NCBI RefSeq assembly: GCF_009914755.1 | Contig: NC_060925.1 | Direction: 5' to 3' (one strand) | Length of the DNA stretch: 64,000 nt | DNA from: the human T2T-CHM13v2.0 reference genome, Homo sapiens | In this document: positions 56,013 to 64,000 of the stretch, in pieces | Numbering within the stretch: the first letter of the stretch is position 1 | Layout: each line of letters opens with the position of its first letter | Notes under the pieces: model-generated | Seen by the model: the letters and a program-made list of their open reading frames with translations, nothing else | Told to the model about the DNA's origin: nothing | Database searches by the model: none | Made by a program: the position numbers and the translations under genes

Positions 56013-56289
56013 AAATGTAGGACTAGAAACACACCTAATGTATATGGCACCTGGGATAGATCATTTCTTAACATCTCCCACACCTCTGTGTAACAAAATT
56101 ACTATTGATGATAGCCATGAAATGAAACTAATAATATTAGCTTGTGAACATTTAATCAAATTTTTTATGTATAATCATGCCAGTAAAAACTTAAAAAATA
56201 AATGTCAATCCATTGCCTTAAGCATTTATTAACCCTTCCATTACTAACTCTTGCTCATTCACGCACATTTTACTTGAAAAAAGACAACT

Positions 56290-56585
56290 AGTCTGGGCAC
56301 TGTGGCTCACACCAGTAATCCCAGTTCTTTGGGAGGCCAAGGAAGGATGATCACTTGAGTCCAGGAGTTTGAGACCAGCCTAGGCAATAGAGTGAGACTT
56401 CATTTCTACCAAAAAAAAAAAAATTAAAAAAATTAGCCAAGCATGATGGTCCATGCCTATAATCCCAGCTACTCAAGAGGCTAAGGTGGAACGTTTGCTT
56501 GAGCCCAGAGGCAGAGGTTGAAATGAGCAGAGATCATGCCACTGCAGGCCAGCCTGGGTAACCATTTAAAAAACATAAAGAAGAA
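56290..56585 (+). mobile_element. AluJ-like
   Basis: Dimeric body with eroded 3' end; TSD-like AAAGA(C/T)AACTAG. Confidence 0.88.
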
Positions 56586-57202
56586 AGATAACTAGTTATT
56601 ATGCTAGAATTTACTGCTGTCTTTGTTTTAAGGATTTCTGGTTGTTATTTTAGTTTTTATAACTGCTCTCTTAATATGTTCTGCAGGAAGCACAAATTCT
56701 TGACACCAAAAGGTGAATTTCAACTGACAATTTTCAATATTATTGAAAGTCAAAAGATAATTTATGTTAGTATCTTTCATTCATTTTAAGAAAACTGTTT
56801 GGTAGCTCACCTGTAGATTTTGGTTTTATCCTTTATCTTCATAAACACCACTTAAAAATATCTAATAAAGAAAAAGGCATATTTTTTGGTATAACAAGGA
56901 GCTTCCTATAATCAAGTTGTTATTTTTGTCAGAATTATGATAAACATAAAATTATCCTCTTTAAGTCATGAATTAATAAATATAAACTAATTTTTCATGT
57001 CCCAGGAAATTTTGTTTCCAGTGAGAAATCTGAGAACATGATTAAATCTAATAAATCTAGAATTATTAAATGGATTTAAATTTATACTAGTAGAGCTAGT
57101 AGATCTCACTCTGTGGTTTTGCTCAGATTACTTTTTTATATTAAATTTAATTGTTAATTTTGACACCTGAAATGCTTCAATTTTTTTGTTTTCTTTTCAC
57201 AG

Positions 57203-57274
57203 AAAATATTACCACAAAGCATATTGTGAGTAATGATAGCTCGGACAGTGATGATGAATCACACGAACCCAAAG
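57203..57274 (+). CDS. PLA2G4A: cPLA2-alpha exon (~exon 13), ENITTKHIVSNDSSDSDDESHEPK
   Basis: ttcacag|AA ... AAAG|gtgagt; 72 bp, phase 1-1. Confidence 0.95.
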
Positions 57275-58934
57275 GTGAGTGAGCCGGAAACTTTTCTGGC
57301 CCAGATCCATGAGGAAAGGATATGAACACTCTGTCTGATTTTCTCACTCAAGATGCTGATGGTAATCTTCACTTCAGACACGGAAGTGATAAAATTGTAG
57401 CTTTCTATTGAGAGAGAGGATTGCATGTTGCATGTCTAATAAAATAGGCAGCACATATAAATCCCTAATTTATTTTGTTTTAATACCTCAAAAATACTAT
57501 AAGTTGAACAAATGAACAGATCCAAGATGGTAGAAATGCTGAATTCTATTTTAAGTCTGATTAGAGCACTAGGCTTCTCAGCATGGTTACTGTGATTTGG
57601 GAACACTTTTAGATGGCTTTAAAAATTAACATTTTGTCTTTCAGAATTTTGTTATTAAGTAACATGAAAAATTATATTCTCACTCCATTCCTGACCCTTA
57701 TCCCACTGGCTACACCCTCCCTCTTGAGAAAGGATTAGTGATGAAGTGGGGTAAAAGTATCAAGAACTTGATACGTATATTATTTCATAGTATAAATGAG
57801 CCTTTTTACATTTTGACAAGGTAGTTTGCAGTTTGGTGTGGATTATGATAGTCAGTGATGGACTTGGGGCAGAGATAAGGTGAGGATCAGATTTGCAACA
57901 AATATGAAAGTCATATTTGTTGTAAATGTTTTGTGGTAAAATAGATTATTTTGACACAGTGTTTTGAGACAGCCATTTATAAAAATGTTCCCAATAGTTA
58001 AAAAAAAAAGCCAACAAACAAAAACAAAAACAACAACAACAAAAAACAAAACAAAGGGAAGGCTTTATAAGAACTGGATATATCTGTCCTATTACAGTTT
58101 GAATATGATCATCTAGATTTTAGAAGATATTAAATGCTTTCTGGTCCAAAACTTAATTAATTCCACTAGGCATGGAAGAGCCTGTTTTATCCTTGCTTAA
58201 TTATTACTAAAATTAAAATTCTTTTTTCATAGCTGGGCTATTACTTCCTCAGAAGATGTGTTTGTGTAAATTAAAGAAAAGCTGCCTTCTCTGGAGAATG
58301 TAGCTGCACAGGGCCATGGCTTGGCTAGTGTATGTTGTCTTGCGAACATTAAAAAAGAGGATTCCTTCCCTGGGCAGCCAACGCTTTCATCTGGGCATGA
58401 GGCTTGGCTACATGAGTGCAAGTTGGGTTCAGCCCTGATTTGCCCCCCTATCCTGCTGCGTTATGTAGCCCATGATCTGCCTAATCAAATAATGACCAGC
58501 AGCCCTGATCATTAAGCAGGAACCCCAAAAGAACCCTGTCCTGGAAGCAAGCAAGTCTTCATCCTGGCTCCTTCATTTTTAAAATTTAAAATTTATATAT
58601 ATTTTAGTTGTTTAAGTCCTTTTTGTTTTGAATTTCCTTTTAATGAAGGAAACTAGCTATTGTAAAGGGGATAGCTATCACATGCCTAGCATCTTTAGAA
58701 TTATTTGTGTATTGATTTAGGGACTACTGAGGAGACAGAATAATGGTTTCTCCATTATTAAGTATTTCTATAGATAGTCAGTACATTTGATAACCCCTAC
58801 AGTACTAGCTGAGTCTTAAGGCTGAGAAGTTCAAGGACTGTTGAATATGGCTGCTTTGGTTTTAGGATCAGCCTTGCTTACAGCATGATATTTAGTATGT
58901 GGTTAAGGTTTTCTTTTCGGCTCTTAGTATTTAT

Positions 58935-60080
58935 TTTTTCTCTTTTACATAGAGTTTTTAGAGCAGTTTTAGGCTCAAAGCAAAACTGAGCACAAAGTAC
59001 AGAGTTCCCATATGTCCCCTGTCCACCTTCCACCACCCCTGCCTCTCCCACTATAAACATTCCACACCAGAGTGGTACATTTCTTACAAGTGATGAACTT
59101 AAATTGACATTATTATCAGTCAAAGTCCATAGTTTACAGTAGGACTCACTGTTGGTGTATATTCTATGGGTTTTGACAAATATGTAATGACATATATTCA
59201 TCATTATACATGTCACACACACTAGTTTCACTGCTCTAAAAATCCTGTCTCCTGCCCCTGTCCCCTCCTCCCCCAACCCCTAACAAGCACTAATCATTTT
59301 ACTCTCTCCATAGTTTTGCCTTTTCCAGAATGTCATGTAGTCAGAATCAAACAATAATGTAGCCTTTTCAGATCTTTCACTTAGTAGTGTGCATTTAAAG
59401 TTCCTTTATGTTTTTTCTTGGCTTCATAGCTTATTTTTTTAGCACTGAATAATATTACATTGTCAGGTTGTGCCACAGTTTAGTTATTCATTCACCTGCT
59501 GAGGAAGGTGAACTTGGAAAACTTGAAGTTTGCTTCCAAGTTTTGGACATTATGAATAAAACTGCTAGAAAAATCTATGTACATGTTTTGGTGTAGACAC
59601 AGATTTTTCAATTTATTTGGGTAAATACCATGGAGCACAATTGCTGGATCATATGGTAAGAGTATATTTAGTTTTGTAAGAAACTGCCAAATGGTCTTCC
59701 AAAGTGGCTGTACCATTTTGCATTCCACTACCAGCCATGAATGAGAGTTCTTGTTGCTCCACATCTTTTAAACATTTGGTATTACCTGTGCTTTGGATAT
59801 TGGTCATTCTAATAGGTATGTAGTAGTATCTTTTTATTGTTTTAATTTGCATTTCTCAAATGACATTTAACTTGAAGCATCTTCTCATATGCTTATCTGC
59901 TATCTGTATATCGTTTTGATGAGGTATCAGTTCAGGCCTTTGGCCCATTTTTGGATTGGGGTTATTTTCTTATTATTGAATTTAAAGTGTTCTTTGTATG
60001 TTTTATATTACATGTTTTAAATCAAATATGTCTGTTGCAAATTCTTTCAATCTGTGGGTTATCCTTTTATTCTCTTGAGG
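58935..60080 (-). mobile_element. Old L1M 3' region (ORF2 end and 3' UTR)
   Basis: Minus ORFs MQIKTIKRYYYIPIRM and VQPLWKTIWQFL...LPYDPAI are ORF2p C-terminal motifs. Confidence 0.9.
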
Positions 60081-60645
60081 CTCTTTCATGTTTAGTCATA
60101 TGATTTTGAGCAAAGTTTTAGGCATTTTCAGCTTTAGTTTCTTCAGACCTATCCTGGAACCATTTACCTTCTCTCACAGAATTGTTGCAATCATTAATTT
60201 AGCAAATGCATACAAAAGGGCTCTAAGTTGTAAAGGGCGATGCAAATAGAAATGTACTATTACTGTTATGATTAATAAGCAATAAGTATCATTTATATGT
60301 TGACTGTTGGGTTTGTCCCACAAGTGATGCCATTATCAAAGGTATCCTGGTATGGAAGTGAGGGCTTATTGAATAAGAAGAAGAAAAGTAAGAAGCGACA
60401 GCCCCAAAATCTTTGGAAATAATTGCATATCCTATTTATATGCTGTGTAACTAGAGATAGAAATCGTTCACTTTAAAGCCTGAATTGTTCTAGTAAAAAC
60501 ACATTTTGTCCTGTTTGGCATTAGAAAAGTGTAAGAGTAGAAAGTAGTGTATTTGTTTTTGGTGACTATATAGTCATCTGGACTGGTTACTGAATGAAAG
60601 ATCTCTTCATTTACTCAGCTCAGTTAAACAAATACCTGTGAAGAT

Positions 60646-61137
60646 AAGGATTATAAATCATGCTACTATAAAGACACATGCACATGTATGTTTATGGTGG
60701 CGCTATTCATAATAGCAAAGACTTGGAACCAACCCAAATGTCCATTGTGGTAGACAGGATTAAGAAAATGTGGCAAATATATACCATGGAATACTATAGA
60801 GCCATAAAAAAGGATGGGTTCATGTCCTTTGCAGGAACATGCATGAAGCTGGAAACCATCATTCTCAGCAAACTATCACAAAGACAGAAAACCAAACACC
60901 ACATATTCTCACTCATAGGTGGGAATTAAACAATAGAACACTTGGACACCGGGTGGGGAACATCACACACCGGGGCCTGTCAGGGTGTGGGGGGCTGGGG
61001 GAGGGATAGCATTAGGAGAAATACCTAATATAAATGATGAGTTGATGGGTGCAGCAAACCAACATGACACATGTATACCTATGTATCAAACCTGCACATT
61101 GTGCACATGTACCCTATAATTTTAAGTATAATAAAAA
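60646..61137 (+). mobile_element. 5'-truncated L1PA 3' end
   Basis: AAAGACACATGCAC...MEYYRAIKK..., G-rich 3' UTR, AATAAA 61130-61135. Confidence 0.92.
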
Positions 61138-62223
61138 TATATATTTATTATGGTTTTATGTATGTTTAGTTTACATTTATTGGAAATTATGAAGCTGACT
61201 ATAGAATCTCTTTTTTTCTCTTTATTTCAACACACACACACACAATCACGCACACATACACACACAGTTTTATAAATGTGTGACTATTTATATACAGGGT
61301 TCCTAGAAATCAGAAAAAAACGGGGTTTAGGCAGGTGAAGTTATACATTACCATAAATTATTCTCTGATTTTGATTATGAATAAATAAGATTGATGATTA
61401 TGATGCTTCTGCTGCTGCTGCTACAACTGTTTCTGCTGCTAGCTAGTGTTTATTAAGAATTTAATATGAGCCAGGCATTTTTCTAAGAACATTACATAGA
61501 TGCACAAACACAGTTAATTCTCACAACTTTAGGAGGTTTATCAGTGAAGAAATGGAGGAAGAGAAGGGGAAAGTAACTAGAAAATAGTGGAGAGAGGGTT
61601 GAGACCCAAGGATTCTGATTCTGGAGCCAGTGCTATAAATGACCATACAATATAATTTCCCAGGAGTAATGGTGTATGCATAGGTGGTAAGGAAAAAGTC
61701 ATTTAAAACTGCTTCTTTGGGGTGATTGCTGAATTTTAAAATGTTTAGGCATTTGTTTAAATTAAAGGCTTTTAAATCCCCAAACTTTATAAGCAAGGAT
61801 GAAATGACAGGTCATAAGATCAATAGGTCATAAGGGTGTTTATTTAGTAGCAAATATATGTTGAATCCTTTAGCTCTCTCTCCTCATTTTGCAGAAATCC
61901 TGAATGTTTGTTAAACAGGGTAAGATTTCTTAAGGTAACTTAAGAAATGTAGAGGATAGAATTAACCACTGGATTTTCTGTGTGTAAGTTATATGTGTGC
62001 ATGCAAGTGCGTGCACTTGAAGCCAGAGAAAAGGAAGAAATCAATTCAGGAAAGAAGGGAAGGGGGAAAATGAAAGAAATTTACCTGGAAATCTGAGCAT
62101 AGATCAAGTGGCACTGTCAAGAATATACCCCTTACACGCACTGTAGGTAAAAGGAGAACTAAGAACAAATTAAGAACAAAAATGATTAACTGCAATATTA
62201 ATTTAGGCAAATAAACATGTTAA

Positions 62224-62590
<367 letters not shown>

Positions 62591-62652
62591 CAAAGATCCC
62601 TTTTTAAACATGCATTTTGGAGTCTGTATGGTGACCTTTTATTTTTCCCTAG

Positions 62653-62895
62653 GCACTGAAAATGAAGATGCTGGAAGTGACTATCAAAGTGATAATCAAG
62701 CAAGTTGGATTCATCGTATGATAATGGCCTTGGTGAGTGATTCAGCTTTATTCAATACCAGAGAAGGACGTGCTGGGAAGGTACACAACTTCATGCTGGG
62801 CTTGAATCTCAATACATCTTATCCACTGTCTCCTTTGAGTGACTTTGCCACACAGGACTCCTTTGATGATGATGAACTGGATGCAGCTGTAGCAG
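62653..62895 (+). CDS. PLA2G4A: cPLA2-alpha exon (~exon 14), GTENEDAG...YPLSPLSDF...DAAVA
   Basis: ccctag|GC ... GCAG|gtaagt; 243 bp, phase 1-1. MAPK-site Ser505 codon at 62829-62831. Confidence 0.97.
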
Positions 62896-63047
62896 GTAAG
62901 TGTACAAATATAATTAGTGGGAGCTAATGCAGGAGATCTTTATTCCTTCTCTGGAGAGAAGCATTTTAATCATTATTAACACTTACTCATTTATTATCAG
63001 TTATTACAACCTGCATTTAATGTGTGAAGGGCTTCAAATGACTAGGG

Positions 63048-63364
63048 TTTTTTTGTTGTTGTTGTTTGTTTGTTTGTATTTTTGAGACAGGGTCTCACCC
63101 AGTCACCCAGGCTGCAGTGCAGTGGCACAATCATGGCTCACCGCATCCTTAATTCCTGGGCTGCAGCAATCCTCCTGCCTCAGCTTCCTGAGTAGCTGGG
63201 ACTACAGGTGCACACCACCATACCCAGCTAATTTTTGTAGTTTTTGTAGAGACAGGTTTTTGCCGTGTTGCCCAAGCTGGTCTCAGACTCCTGGGCTCAA
63301 GTGATCCTCCTACCTTAGCCTCCCAAAGTGCTGGGACTGCAGGTGTGAGTCACCGTACCTGGCC
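63048..63364 (-). mobile_element. AluJ-like
   Basis: Full reverse Alu with (TTG/TTTG)n tail. Confidence 0.9.
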
Positions 63365-63456
63365 TGGATTTTTTTTTAAAGAAAAATTTACATTGGAGAG
63401 GAAATGGCCTAGACATGTCAGTATAGAAAATTTTCATTAATAATATTGAGGAGGAC

Positions 63457-63727
63457 GGCCGGGGAGCAGTGGCTCACTCCTGTAATCCTAGCACTTTGGG
63501 AGGCCGAGACTGGTGGATTACCCAAGCTCAGGAGTTCGAGACCAGCCTGGACAACATGGTGAAACCCTGTCTCTACTAAGTAATCCCAGCTACTCAGGAG
63601 GCTGAAGCACAATAATCGCTTGAACCTGGGAGGCAGACATTGCAGTGAGCCAATATTGCACCACTGCTACTCCAGCCTGGGCAACAAAGTGAAGCTCTGT
63701 CTCAAAAAAATAAAAAATAAAAAAAAT
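63457..63727 (+). mobile_element. Alu lacking its central A-rich linker
   Basis: CTCTACTAAG|TAATCCCAGC junction; TSD-like AATATTGAGG. Confidence 0.9.
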
Positions 63728-63807
63728 ATTGAGGGAGATGTTAGATCTTCTCTGTACTGGTCACAGTTCAGTTGCAGAAATTTGGAAACTATTTCCTATT
63801 TTCTGAA

Positions 63808-63910
63808 AGGGATTTAAAGAAGGGAATTAGGTGCTTATAAAATCGTTCCAAACTTTTAGGAATTTAAATAAGGGAATTAGGTGCTTATAAAATCGTTCCA
63901 AACCTTCAGG
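63808..63910. repeat. 50-bp tandem duplication
   Basis: AAGGGAATTAGGTGCTTATAAAATCGTTCCAAAC at 63820 and 63870. Confidence 0.95.
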
Positions 63911-64000
63911 GAGCAAGCTTTAGGCTGAGCTTTCAGGAATGGTTCAAAAACCACTTCAGAATCATCCCCACAAATGTGTTGGCAACTGTGCTTGGCAGCA

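Noticed and set aside
55760-56083. Lys/Arg/Glu-rich and Phe/Leu/Ser-rich ORFs
   Set aside because: Artefacts of the stop-free GAAA tract.

Overview
Primate (almost certainly human) genomic DNA from the middle of PLA2G4A (cytosolic phospholipase A2-alpha) on the + strand. Ten coding exons, all GT-AG and phase-compatible, join into roughly residues 89-527; exon numbering 5-14 and residue numbers are from recall of the canonical protein. They include the C2-domain end, the GSGGG-R oxyanion region, the catalytic GLSGS serine and the PLSP MAPK site. The introns are packed with Alu, L1, L2/MIR, DNA transposon and LTR remnants. Two retroviral elements stand out. (1) A full-length, coding-defective HERV-E provirus (20941-29699, LTR2-type LTRs, tRNA-Glu PBS) lies antisense inside an older Alu; its 3' LTR has lost the AATAAA signal that the 5' LTR keeps. 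(2) A HERV-H RNA copy (8872-9478) lies in sense orientation with the hallmarks of L1-mediated retroposition. Several close inverted Alu pairs, a run of symmetric phase-1 exons and some local duplications are also present. I see no wholly new protein system; the interesting candidates are regulatory hypotheses.
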